64,000 nucleotides of DNA from Candidatus Latescibacterota bacterium (lineage in GTDB: Bacteria > Latescibacterota > UBA2968 > UBA8231): NCBI GenBank assembly GCA_964291625.2, contig OZ220089.1:3072001-3136000 (forward strand), given 5' to 3'. The position numbers and the translations under genes are program-made. The notes below the pieces were generated by a model. That model ran no database searches. It worked only from the letters and a program-made list of their open reading frames with translations, and was not told the DNA's origin. The first letter of the stretch is position 1. Every line of letters starts with the position of its first letter. Below are positions 25,935 to 34,944 of the stretch, piece by piece.

Positions 25935-27470
25935 ATGCAACCATTGCGACGACTCTCTCTAAGCGGCTTGGCGCTGCTGCTGGGGGCACCGCTGGCTGCG
26001 GCGGCCCAAGACGACTCGGGGACGCTGGAGGTGTTGGTGGAGGGGGGGGCTTCAGGGGCCGACGGCACCTCGTCCGCCACCTTCGAGAGGCGCAAGGTCT
26101 CGGACCTGGTGAGGGTTGACATAGGGCCGGGGCGGTCGGTCACGGATCCCGGCCAACGGATCGGGACCGGTTCCGGGACCGTCATCACGCCGACGGTCAC
26201 GGTGACAGACCTGGTCACCGAAGCCAGTGGCTATCCCCGGAACTTCCGCCACGTAACCTCGGACTCCCTTGGGCGGATATGGACGACGGCAAAAAATCCA
26301 TCTGGGCTGTACACATTCTCCGACAGCACTTCATGGCGGCGCGTCTCCTTCTCAATACCCCAGGGTGTCCAGGATCTCGGCCGGGACGCGCAGGGCAGGA
26401 TCTGGGCGATAGGAAATGTCGGCTCGGTGTTCCGCATATCGGGGAATACGCTGACGGAGTACACCGGCTTCCCTGATCGAGGGCAATTGTACACTTTCGC
26501 GGCGGGGAGGGGAGACACGGTGTGGATGGGGGGATACGGCCCGGCGCGTCGGAGTCCGTCCGCGTTGCTGCGCTTCGACGGGGGAGAGTGGCGACTGTTT
26601 TCGTTGGCGGACGGGCTGCCCAGCTATTCCTGGATTGACGCGGTGGCGGTGGACAGCACCGGCACGGTGTGGGGCATGCCAGTCTATGATCTTCCCGACC
26701 ACGTCGATACTGAGGGTTCACCTCACTCCCTGGTTTCGTATGACGGCCGCGAGTGGCGCGGGTACTCGTTCTGGCTTGGAGGTCTCATAACGGCATCCGT
26801 AGTGGGAATGGTGGTCGATCCGGGTGGCACGCTGTGGATTACAACCCCATATCTCCTGGCACACAAGACGGCCAGCGGGTGGATGTCGTACGAGTACGTC
26901 TCGAGAAGAGGGGGAGGGAGCCGGATGGGACGCTCGATGGCCGCAGAGCGCTCCGGTCGTATCTGGATTCACGGAGACGGGGGCTGGATCGGGGTGTTCG
27001 AGTCCGGCCAATTCTACCGCACGCCCACCGGCTCGAATCCGGATGTCTTCGGCAGCCCGTTGAATCGGCCCCACCGGAAGCTGTACTACGACGGGGAGGT
27101 GCTGTGGACAGCCGGGAGTCGGCTGGGCCGCTGGCGCCTGCCTGGGCCGGAGACCTCCATGGAGGACGAACCCGGCAGCCCGGGAGCGTCGGGTCAATCT
27201 CGTCTGCTCGACAGCTATCCCAATCCGTTCAATGCACGCACCATCATCGGCTTCGAGCTGGACAGCCGCCAGCCGGTGTCGTTGCGCGTCCACAATCTCA
27301 CCGGTCAACGGGTGACGACCCTGGCAGAAGGCGTCTACCCCGAAGGGGTGTTCGTCCTCTCCTGGGATGGCCGCGACGACCATGGCCAGCCAGTTGGCAG
27401 CGGCGTGTACCTGGCCCGGTTGCGGCTGGCCGAGCGAGCTCTTTCCCAGCCCTTGACGCTGGTGAGGTGA
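25935..27470 (+). CDS. Secreted beta-propeller protein with FlgD-Ig tail, copy 2 (intact, 511 aa)
   Basis: RBS gaggag, signal peptide, DSLGRIW/DAQGRIW/DSTGTVW/DPGGTLW blades, SYPNPFN...GSGVYLARL. Confidence 0.88.
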   Translation: MQPLRRLSLSGLALLLGAPLAAAAQDDSGTLEVLVEGGASGADGTSSATFERRKVSDLVRVDIGPGRSVTDPGQRIGTGSGTVITPTVTVTDLVTEASGYPRNFRHVTSDSLGRIWTTAKNPSGLYTFSDSTSWRRVSFSIPQGVQDLGRDAQGRIWAIGNVGSVFRISGNTLTEYTGFPDRGQLYTFAAGRGDTVWMGGYGPARRSPSALLRFDGGEWRLFSLADGLPSYSWIDAVAVDSTGTVWGMPVYDLPDHVDTEGSPHSLVSYDGREWRGYSFWLGGLITASVVGMVVDPGGTLWITTPYLLAHKTASGWMSYEYVSRRGGGSRMGRSMAAERSGRIWIHGDGGWIGVFESGQFYRTPTGSNPDVFGSPLNRPHRKLYYDGEVLWTAGSRLGRWRLPGPETSMEDEPGSPGASGQSRLLDSYPNPFNARTIIGFELDSRQPVSLRVHNLTGQRVTTLAEGVYPEGVFVLSWDGRDDHGQPVGSGVYLARLRLAERALSQPLTLVR

Positions 27471-27475
27471 GACCC

Positions 27476-27766
27476 ATGCGACCACGGAGTGTGACAAGAA
27501 GCGGCGCGGTGTGGCGCCTTGGGTTGATCCTGCTGCTGTCGGCGATCCTGTGGCCGATGAGCCTGCGCGGCGAGGCCCCGGTCGGCCGTTTCGTCATCGG
27601 GGTGTGGTCTCCGGCCGGCTGGTCGGGCGCCGATCGCGATTCGTACGATCGGTTCTTCACCCAAAGTGATGCGGACCACTTGTCGGAGCTCGGCGTTAAC
27701 CTGCTAGTTCAGACGCCCCGGATCGGACATCAGGCCCGCGTCGGCAAGCTCGCGCTCATCCGGTAG
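27476..27766 (+). pseudogene. 96-aa stub ORF 3: signal peptide and GH-like start fused in frame to the last residues of an FlgD tail
   Basis: Ends QARVGKLALIR*; DNA 27731-27770 matches the end of the giant gene (20100-20139) at 35/40. Confidence 0.75.
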
Positions 27767-28664
27767 GGGGATTGGCCGCCAGCATCGCCGCGCCGAAGAC
27801 GCCGGCCGAGTCGCCCAGCTCGTTGCGCACCACCCGCGTGTCGAGGCGGTCGTTGAAGACGCAGCGGGACATCTCCTCGACGCCGCGGCCGTAGAGGGCG
27901 TCGACGTTGCTGACCCCGCCGCCGAGGACGACCACGTGGGGATCGAGGATGTTGACCACCGAGGCCAGGGCGCGGCCGAAGCCCTCCGCGAGCCGCTCCA
28001 CGGCGGCCACCGCCGCCTCGTCCGTCCCCGCCTCCGCCCGGGTGGCGATCTCCGCCAGCTCTCGCCGGACGCCGCTGCGCTCCTCGTAGAACCTCTCCAG
28101 GCCGGGGCCTGACACCACCGTCTCGACGCATCCCCGGCGGCCGCAGTAGCACGGATCTCCCCCGGGGTCGAGGATGTTGTGGCCCCACTCGCCGGCGATG
28201 CCCTGACCGCCGTGCAGCACCCGGCCGTCGACGACGACGCCCCCGCCGACCCCGGTGCCGAGGATGACCCCGAAGAGGATGCCGGCCCCCCGGCCGGCGC
28301 CGAGGCGGGCCTCGGCGAGGGCGAAGCAGTTGGCGTCGTTGGCCATCTCCACCGGGCAGCCGAGGTCGGCGGTCAGGTCGTCGAGCAGGGGGCGGCCGTT
28401 GAGGCAGGTGGCGTTGGAGTTCTTCAGGGTCCGGGAGCGGGGGTCCAGCACGCCGGGGGTGCCGATGCCGAGGACCTCGGGCCGGTGCCCGGCCTCGGCG
28501 GCCAGCCCCTCCACCAACTCGGCGACGCGCCCGCGCACCCGGTCGTAGCCGAGGTGGCTGTCGGTGGGCACCCGCAGCCGGCACAGGGGCTGAAGGGAGT
28601 CGGCCGCCGGCAGCACGACGCCCTCGATCTTGGTGCCCCCCAGGTCGATCCCCCAGAAGCTCAC
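27756..28664 (-). CDS. ROK family sugar kinase (fructokinase Mak-like)
   Basis: GIDLGGTKIE, ANDANCFALAE, GTGVGGG, GEWGH, CYCGRRGCVE. Confidence 0.9.
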   Translation of the reverse strand: MSFWGIDLGGTKIEGVVLPAADSLQPLCRLRVPTDSHLGYDRVRGRVAELVEGLAAEAGHRPEVLGIGTPGVLDPRSRTLKNSNATCLNGRPLLDDLTADLGCPVEMANDANCFALAEARLGAGRGAGILFGVILGTGVGGGVVVDGRVLHGGQGIAGEWGHNILDPGGDPCYCGRRGCVETVVSGPGLERFYEERSGVRRELAEIATRAEAGTDEAAVAAVERLAEGFGRALASVVNILDPHVVVLGGGVSNVDALYGRGVEEMSRCVFNDRLDTRVVRNELGDSAGVFGAAMLAANPPTG

Positions 28665-30088
28665 GAGGCCGCCTCCGTCGCCGGCGGGGCCTCGCCCGAA
28701 GACTCCTCGATGACGCGCATCGACCTCCAGGGGCCGATCCGGAAGCGCCGGTAGAACACGGCTGCCACCACCGCCAGGTAGGCGACGATGAAGACCCACA
28801 CGGTGTAGACGCCGGCGTCGAACCACTCCACCGCGATCAGCGGCGGCACCACCATGATCGACAGGCCCAGCAGGAATCCGGCGTACATGATGTAGCGCGT
28901 GTCGCCGGCCCCCTTGAGGGCGGCGGTGAACACGATGTAGGCGGCGTCGAAGAGGCAGTAGAGGCCGACGATGCGCAGCAGGGAGCGGGCCAGGTCGCGG
29001 GCGTGGACGAAATCCTCGCCCGAGGCGCCGGCCCCGTAGGGCAGCAGGAAGAGGTCGGGCAGGAGGATGTAGGCGGCGGTCATGATCCCCGCGTATGCGA
29101 GGGCCACGTGGAGACCGCTCCAGGTGCAGTATTCGGCGGCGGCGGCGTCCTCGGCGCCGAGACGCTGGCCGACCATGGTGGACACGGCGATGCCGGCGCC
29201 GATGAGGGGCATGAAGGCGAGGCTGTTGATGTTGAAGGCGAGGTTGCTCGCCGTCAGTTCCAGGGTGCCCACCCGGCCGATGATGAGGATGAAGAAGGTG
29301 AAGGAGAAGATGTCGAGCATGAAGTTGACGCCGGTGGCGCCGCCGAAGCGGAGGAGGCGGGCGAAGAGGGCGCGGTCGAAGCGCCAGGAGGCGTAGGTGG
29401 CGTAGCGCCGGCGGTGGGAGGGCCGCGCCAGCAGGACGAGGTAGAGGCCGGCGCCGAAGACGGCCGCCGTGTTGGTCGCCCAGGCGGCGCCCCGCAGGCC
29501 CATCTCGGGCAGGCCCCAGGCGCCGAAGATGAGCCCGTAGTCGAGGACGATGTTGACGCCGGTGGCGGCGGCGTTGACGCCGAGGACGGACCAGGTTCGG
29601 CCGCGGCCGCTGTAGAAGCAGGCGAGGGCCGTGGACAGGATCAGGGGGCCCATGCCCCAGCAGAGGATCCGGAAGTAGACGACCTCGTTGGAGCGGATCG
29701 GCTCCTCGTGGCCGATGAGGTCGAAGATCGGCACCGCCATCAGCGCCACCAGGACCCCGGCCACGGCGCTCAGCATCGCCAGGTAGCCGCCCTGCCACAG
29801 GGCGGCGCCGACCCGCTCGGGGCGGCCGGCGCCGACGTACTGGGCGACGAAGGTGTTGACGTACCCCGCGATGCCCAGGAAGAAGCTGACGACGACGAAG
29901 CTCGTCAGCCCCGCCGGCAGGGAGGCGGCCAGGGCGTCGGTGGAGTACCAGGTGAGGAAGACGCGGTCGACGAAGTGCTGGATGCTCCAGCTCGCCGTGG
30001 ACAGGATCAGGGGAAAGGCGATCTGCAGGAACTCGCGGTAGCCGCCGGGGGCGGACCAGCGCGAGCGCAGGGCCGCGGTGATCGTCAA
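28661..30088 (-). CDS. MATE family efflux transporter (start uncertain)
   Basis: About 12 hydrophobic segments; NIVLDYGLIFG..GLPEMGLRGAAWAT; ALKGAGDTR. Confidence 0.88.
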   Translation of the reverse strand: MTITAALRSRWSAPGGYREFLQIAFPLILSTASWSIQHFVDRVFLTWYSTDALAASLPAGLTSFVVVSFFLGIAGYVNTFVAQYVGAGRPERVGAALWQGGYLAMLSAVAGVLVALMAVPIFDLIGHEEPIRSNEVVYFRILCWGMGPLILSTALACFYSGRGRTWSVLGVNAAATGVNIVLDYGLIFGAWGLPEMGLRGAAWATNTAAVFGAGLYLVLLARPSHRRRYATYASWRFDRALFARLLRFGGATGVNFMLDIFSFTFFILIIGRVGTLELTASNLAFNINSLAFMPLIGAGIAVSTMVGQRLGAEDAAAAEYCTWSGLHVALAYAGIMTAAYILLPDLFLLPYGAGASGEDFVHARDLARSLLRIVGLYCLFDAAYIVFTAALKGAGDTRYIMYAGFLLGLSIMVVPPLIAVEWFDAGVYTVWVFIVAYLAVVAAVFYRRFRIGPWRSMRVIEESSGEAPPATEAAS

Positions 30089-30182
30089 GGAGCGCCGCCG
30101 GTTGCCGGCGTCTGTCGAATGCCTAGGTTTCGCACCTCTTCCCCTTGCACAGAAGCACCTGAATCTCTCTCCCCGTCGAGAC

Positions 30183-30830
30183 ATGGGCAAGAAGAAGCAC
30201 AAGTCCGACAAGTCGACGCAGCGCGAGGCTTACGGCGTGACCATCCTCAAGGCCGGCCACCCCCGGGTGCGGGCCCTGAAGAAGGACCACGAGCCGGAGA
30301 TCCACGGCGACCGGTTCTGGAACAGCAGCTACCTGATCATGGACTTCCTCGAGCGCCAGGGCCTGCCCGCCGGCGCCCGAGTCATGGAGGTCGGCTGCGG
30401 CTGGGGGCTCCTCGGGATCTACTGCGCCCGGAAGCACGGCGCCGAGGTCGTGGGCGTCGACGCCGACGCCAAGGTCTTCCCCTACCTGCACCTGCACGCC
30501 GAGGTCAACGGCGTCACCCTGCAGACCCGCCGCTCCCGCTTCGAGAAGCTGACCCGGGCCCAGCTGGACGGCACCCGCGTGATCCTGGGCGCCGACATCT
30601 GCTTCTGGGACGAGATGATCGACCCCTTGTACCGGATGATCCGCAAGGCGACGCGCGCCGGCGTCGAGCAGATCGTCATCGCCGACCCCGGCCGGCCCCC
30701 CTTCGACGAGCTGTGCGAGCGGGCCGAGAAGAACCTGGGGGGCGAGCTGAAGGAGTGGGAGGTCCGGCGGCCGGTGAAGACCCACGGCTGGCTGCTGATC
30801 GTGGGCAGCCTGCCCACGGCCTCGGACTGA
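30183..30830 (+). CDS. Class I SAM-dependent methyltransferase (Methyltransf_16-like)
   Basis: FWNSS, VMEVGCGWG, ILGADICF, IADPGR. Confidence 0.85.
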   Translation: MGKKKHKSDKSTQREAYGVTILKAGHPRVRALKKDHEPEIHGDRFWNSSYLIMDFLERQGLPAGARVMEVGCGWGLLGIYCARKHGAEVVGVDADAKVFPYLHLHAEVNGVTLQTRRSRFEKLTRAQLDGTRVILGADICFWDEMIDPLYRMIRKATRAGVEQIVIADPGRPPFDELCERAEKNLGGELKEWEVRRPVKTHGWLLIVGSLPTASD

Positions 30831-31379
30831 CCCGCGATGGCTCAAGTGACGCTACGGAAAGAAGAGGAGGCCAGATATGCGCATTGCACTCACCAGCGTC
30901 TTCGTAAGTGACCAGGACGAAGCTCTGAGGTTCTACACGGAGACCCTCGGCTTTGTGAAGAAGCATGACTTGCCTGTGGGGGAATTCAAGTGGCTTACCG
31001 TCGTCTCGCCCGACGACCCAGATGGAACCGAGCTTCTGCTTGAACCAAATGACAACCCGGTAGCACAAGAATATCAGAGAGGGATCTTTGACCAGGGCAT
31101 CCCAGCGGCGTCCTTTGGCGTTACGGACATCCGTGCGGAGTATGAGAAACTGAAGTCACTGGGCGTAACCTTTACGATGGAGCCAACGGAACTGGCCAAC
31201 GTCACTATTGCGGTCTTTGACGACACCTGCGGCAACCTGATCCAGATAATGCAGACGTAACTACGATCGACCAGACTGTCCCGCTTGCGACGCGGACGCA
31301 GCCCGCCACTTGCTCACCCTGCCGTGGCGCAGCTCCAGCCGGTCGACGATGGCCGCCGACGGCCTCGGACTGACCCGCG
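30816..31379 (+). mobile_element. Small insertion bounded by a perfect 21-bp direct repeat (30816-30836 and 31359-31379), carrying a VOC gene
   Basis: acggcctcggactgacccgcg occurs on both sides; interior has lower GC. Confidence 0.7.
30877..31260 (+). CDS. VOC/glyoxalase family protein
   Basis: SVFVSDQDEALRFYTETLGF, ELLLEP, FDDTCGNLIQI; RBS gaggagg. Confidence 0.92.
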   Translation: MRIALTSVFVSDQDEALRFYTETLGFVKKHDLPVGEFKWLTVVSPDDPDGTELLLEPNDNPVAQEYQRGIFDQGIPAASFGVTDIRAEYEKLKSLGVTFTMEPTELANVTIAVFDDTCGNLIQIMQT

Positions 31380-31382
31380 CGC

Positions 31383-32351
31383 CTAGAACCAGTTCTGCTT
31401 GTCCACCACGTTGACCAGCTCTTCGCCGTCGCGCAGCCGCCGGCAGTTCTCGATCAGCAGTTGCAGGCGCCGGTCCTCGAGGTAGGGGCCGGCGCCGGCC
31501 ACGTGGGGCGTCATCAGGAAGTTCGGCGCCTTCCACAGCCGGTGGCCCTCGGGCAGCGGCTCGATCTCGAAGACGTCCAGCGCGGCGCCGCCGATGGTGC
31601 CGCCGTAGAGGGCGTCGGCCAGGTCCTCCAGGACCACGTTCACCCCCCGGCCGATGTTGATCAGCACGCCGGTGGGCTTCATCCGCGCCAGCCGCTCCGC
31701 GTTCATCAGGCCCTCCATGGCCGGCGTCTGGGGCGCCGTCATGATGACGAAGTCGCCGCGGCCGATCTGGTCGTCCAGGGCCTCGGGCCGGTGCAGCTCG
31801 TGGACCCCCTCGGGCGGCCGGGGCACCCGCGGGTCGATGGCGATCACGTGCAGGCCGAAGTGGGCCAGGTGGCGCGCCGTCTCGCCGCCGATGCCGCCGG
31901 CGCCGATGAGGACGGCCGTGGCCTCGGGCAGGTGCACGGTGGGGGCCGACTCCCCGCCCGACTCCCAGACCCCCTCCAGCTGCCGGGGCATGTAGAGGTG
32001 CAGGCCGCGGGCGAAGGCGAGGACGAAGGCCATGATGTGGGCCGAGATGTGGTCGTTGTAGATGCCGCGCTGGTTGGTGACCGTCACGTCGCTGTCGACC
32101 AGCTCCGGGAAGTAGAACCCCGGGCTCGGCCCCGCCGCCGGCGCGCACAGCCAGGTCAGCTCCCGGGCGGCGGCCAGCAGCTCCGGGTCGAGGGTGCCGA
32201 AGGCGCCGCGGACCTCGCCGATCCGCTCCAGGGCCTCCTCCCGCGAGCCCGGCAGCAGGATCTCGATCTCCGGCACTTCCTCGCCGAGGGCTTCCGCCCA
32301 GCGGCGCAGGCGGTCGTTCACGGGCGGCAGGAACATGAAGCTGCAGGACAT
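31383..32351 (-). CDS. D-2-hydroxyacid dehydrogenase family protein
   Basis: IGAGGIG, LINIGRG, AALDVFEIEPLP, MTPHVAG. Confidence 0.9.
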   Translation of the reverse strand: MSCSFMFLPPVNDRLRRWAEALGEEVPEIEILLPGSREEALERIGEVRGAFGTLDPELLAAARELTWLCAPAAGPSPGFYFPELVDSDVTVTNQRGIYNDHISAHIMAFVLAFARGLHLYMPRQLEGVWESGGESAPTVHLPEATAVLIGAGGIGGETARHLAHFGLHVIAIDPRVPRPPEGVHELHRPEALDDQIGRGDFVIMTAPQTPAMEGLMNAERLARMKPTGVLINIGRGVNVVLEDLADALYGGTIGGAALDVFEIEPLPEGHRLWKAPNFLMTPHVAGAGPYLEDRRLQLLIENCRRLRDGEELVNVVDKQNWF

Positions 32352-32416
32352 GGCGCTCTCTCGGGAATGTGGTTCCAGGTGCGTGGGCAGGGCCGCGGCG
32401 CCGGGGGGCGCCGCCC

Positions 32417-32992
32417 CTATGGTCTCCGCTCTTTCAGGGCGCCCCAAGAGGCCGGCGCCACGTTCGTCTGCTCCGGATCGAGGTACAACCTCGCGCCGAT
32501 GTAGTAGCTGTTGCCCTGGATCTCGATGGGGGCGGCGTAGCTCACCTTGGGGGACTCGTCGGGTCCATCGATGGCCGGGTTGTCGAAGAGGTAGTGCACC
32601 CACCCTCCCCCGGCCTGGGCCGCCTTGACCAGCTCCTGCACGATCCGGACCCCGTTGGCGTCCTCCTGCTCGTAGTTGTTGGTCCCCTCCCGGGCGGGGT
32701 TGGCGCCGTGGAAGAAGCTGGTGCCGTCGAAGCTGGTGATGAAGATGTAGATCGCCCCCTCCCTCCAGCGCTCGGTGCGGAGGTCGGCCAGGACGGCCTG
32801 CAGCTCCTCGTCGGTCCCGGTGGCGTCGAGCAGGCCCTTGGCCCCGAGGACGAACTCCTTCAGCGTCTCCCGGTCGACCACGTCGGCCGCGGCCAGGACA
32901 TGGCTGTCCGCGAGAGCCGGGTGCAGGGCGGTGGACAGGTGGCCGGCCGCCAGGGCGAGGGCCAGCGAGAGGGTCAGTGAAGCGCGGGTCAT
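32417..32992 (-). CDS. Secreted stand-alone single Cache-domain protein with a C-terminal SWGALK motif
   Basis: Signal peptide; WREGAIYIF, HGANP, DANG, GGWVHY, PKVSY; tail TNVAPASWGALKERRP. Confidence 0.8.
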   Translation of the reverse strand: MTRASLTLSLALALAAGHLSTALHPALADSHVLAAADVVDRETLKEFVLGAKGLLDATGTDEELQAVLADLRTERWREGAIYIFITSFDGTSFFHGANPAREGTNNYEQEDANGVRIVQELVKAAQAGGGWVHYLFDNPAIDGPDESPKVSYAAPIEIQGNSYYIGARLYLDPEQTNVAPASWGALKERRP

Positions 32993-33094
32993 TGGGTCTC
33001 CTCCGTGGTTTCCTTGAATGCTCCAGCGAATATCCCGGAAGCATCCGGAATCCGCAACGCGCTCAGCCCGTGGCTGGCCACCCGTGAGCCGCCA

Positions 33095-33961
33095 TCAACG
33101 CCCTTGACGGGCACCCCCGCCGTCGCGCGCCCTCGCCCACGCCTCATGGAAAGCAGCCATCGTGGGGAACCGCTCCGCCGGCTGCTCGCGGCAGGCGCGT
33201 TCCACGACCTCGCGGACTTCGCCGGGGACCCCGGTCGGCTCGAAGAAGACGGCCGCCGCCCGCCCCATGGTGAAGACGGTGGTGCGCTCGTCGATGCGGG
33301 CTCCCCGGGTGAACTCCTCGGGGGCCATGAACCGCGTCGAGCCGAACAGGCGCCCCATCTCGTTGACGAAGGGCCCGCGCCGGTAGTTGTCCAGGTCGAC
33401 GATGTGAGGAACGCCGCGGTCGAAGTCGTAGATCACGCAGCCGTCGTAGAAGTCGCAGGCGATCCAGCCGCGCGCCGCCAGCCGGCGGTGGACGTCGTAG
33501 ATCTCGTCCAGAACCCGCAGGATCGTCCCCCCCGGCAGATGCACGAACCGGTAGAAGGAGGAGCCCGGGCGGGTCCGCTCCGCGGCGGGGACCCGCAGCA
33601 GCAGGCCCTCGACCCAGTCGTAGACCAGCAGCGGGCCGTCGGGCGCTTCGACGACGCGGTGGAGGGTTGGCAGGGCCCGGTGGGTCAGGGAACGTGCGAG
33701 GACGGCGGCGTTTCTCAGGAGATCGCCCCGGGCGCGGTGATCGGCCCAGGCGGTGGAGAACCCGACCTCGCCGGGGGTCTTGACGAAGAACCTGCGGCCG
33801 TCGACGTCCACGCCGTAGGAGATGTTGCCGGAGTCCTGCGTCTCTTCACCGAAGCGGGCGAAGATCTCGCCGCAGGCGCGCAGGAACTCGGTCGCCGGCA
33901 GCGGGGTCTCGCGCTCCGTCAGCAGCCGTGTCGAGGGGAGTTGCGGGTGTTCGGGGCTCAC
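33095..33961 (-). CDS. Ser/Thr protein kinase-like protein (start uncertain)
   Basis: FFVKT, CDFYDG, VDLD, GSTRFMAPEE, TVFTMGR. Confidence 0.75.
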   Translation of the reverse strand: MSPEHPQLPSTRLLTERETPLPATEFLRACGEIFARFGEETQDSGNISYGVDVDGRRFFVKTPGEVGFSTAWADHRARGDLLRNAAVLARSLTHRALPTLHRVVEAPDGPLLVYDWVEGLLLRVPAAERTRPGSSFYRFVHLPGGTILRVLDEIYDVHRRLAARGWIACDFYDGCVIYDFDRGVPHIVDLDNYRRGPFVNEMGRLFGSTRFMAPEEFTRGARIDERTTVFTMGRAAAVFFEPTGVPGEVREVVERACREQPAERFPTMAAFHEAWARARDGGGARQGR

Positions 33962-34121
33962 GCGCCGGCTCGCCGCGAAGGGCGCCTCGGCCGCCGAAGG
34001 CGCTCGGGCGCTGGCGCGCATCCGGGGGGTTGCTCCTCGGGCCGGCGTCTGGCGGCCGTCGGGTCCTCACTCGCCGCCCCAGGCAGGCGCCGCCAGCCGC
34101 CGACGGGCTCGCGGCCGGCGC

Positions 34122-34865
34122 TCATTCGCCGCCTCCCGGGAGGTGCCTCGGGGATGGAATCACGGGAGCCGCGGGGGTCCCGGGCCCTCTCCGGCCGGGG
34201 GGCCGGTCGGCGGCGAATCGTGCCAGCTCCTCCAGGTCCTTCTCCACCCGCAGGCGCCAGGCCTCCTGGAGATGGAGCGAGAAGCCGAAGGAGGTGGCGC
34301 GGTCGAACTCCAGGTTCAGCTTCCCCGTCTCGGCGAGGGCGCGCTCCAGGGCGTTCTGGATGCGCTGCCGGGCGAGGGTGATCACCGAGTCGGGCGACGC
34401 CGACTCGACGGAGGCCGAGGTGAGCATCCGCGGCACGTCGCGGTTCAGCTTGCGCGCCGCCACCTCGGAGAGGGCGAAGTGGATCTGCTCGTGCTCGAGG
34501 ACATACATGGGCGAGAGGCCGTGCTCCCGGTTCCACCACGAGCAGGAGCGCGAGAACAGGCCGCGGAAGTCGAGATTCTCGACGCGGGGACGGTAGGGGC
34601 CCTCGCCCCCCGGGCGGATCGGCTCGGCGAAGACCCGGGCCCGGGGGTCGGGGGCCACGTAGGCGCAGGAGACGGCCACCGGCCGCGGCATGTGGATGCC
34701 CAGAAAGGCCTTGGGCGGGTGCTTGGCGAGGAAGTCGCCGCGCTTGAGGGCGCGGTAGGTGATCACGTCGCTGGTGTCGAGCCGGACCGGGGGGGCCTGG
34801 CCGGCGGCGGGGACCGCCATCAGGGCTGAAGCCGCGAGCGGAACCAGGAGGCCGAGGGCGCTCAT
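34122..34865 (-). CDS. Secreted DUF922-like putative Zn-dependent protease
   Basis: Signal peptide; VLEHEQIHFALSEVAARKL (HExxH). Confidence 0.6.
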   Translation of the reverse strand: MSALGLLVPLAASALMAVPAAGQAPPVRLDTSDVITYRALKRGDFLAKHPPKAFLGIHMPRPVAVSCAYVAPDPRARVFAEPIRPGGEGPYRPRVENLDFRGLFSRSCSWWNREHGLSPMYVLEHEQIHFALSEVAARKLNRDVPRMLTSASVESASPDSVITLARQRIQNALERALAETGKLNLEFDRATSFGFSLHLQEAWRLRVEKDLEELARFAADRPPGRRGPGTPAAPVIPSPRHLPGGGE

Positions 34866-34944
34866 GGCCGCCGAATCTCAGTTGCCGCCCCCGGGGGGGC
34901 AAGCTCTCGACAGGGCTGCCGCCGGGCGATAGCTTGCGCCCGCC

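Larger units (their letters stand above)
23585..27630 (+). repeat. Tandem array with a ~1.83-kb period (FlgD tail, stub ORF, beta-propeller gene)
   Basis: Stop codons of homologous TLVR* tails at 23804, 25646 and 27470, each followed by atgcgaccacggagtg. Confidence 0.92.

Noticed and set aside
24097-27470. Diversity-generating retroelement (TR/VR) explanation for the paralogue variation
   Set aside because: Differences involve all bases, synonymous sites and indels rather than adenine-specific changes; no reverse transcriptase in the window
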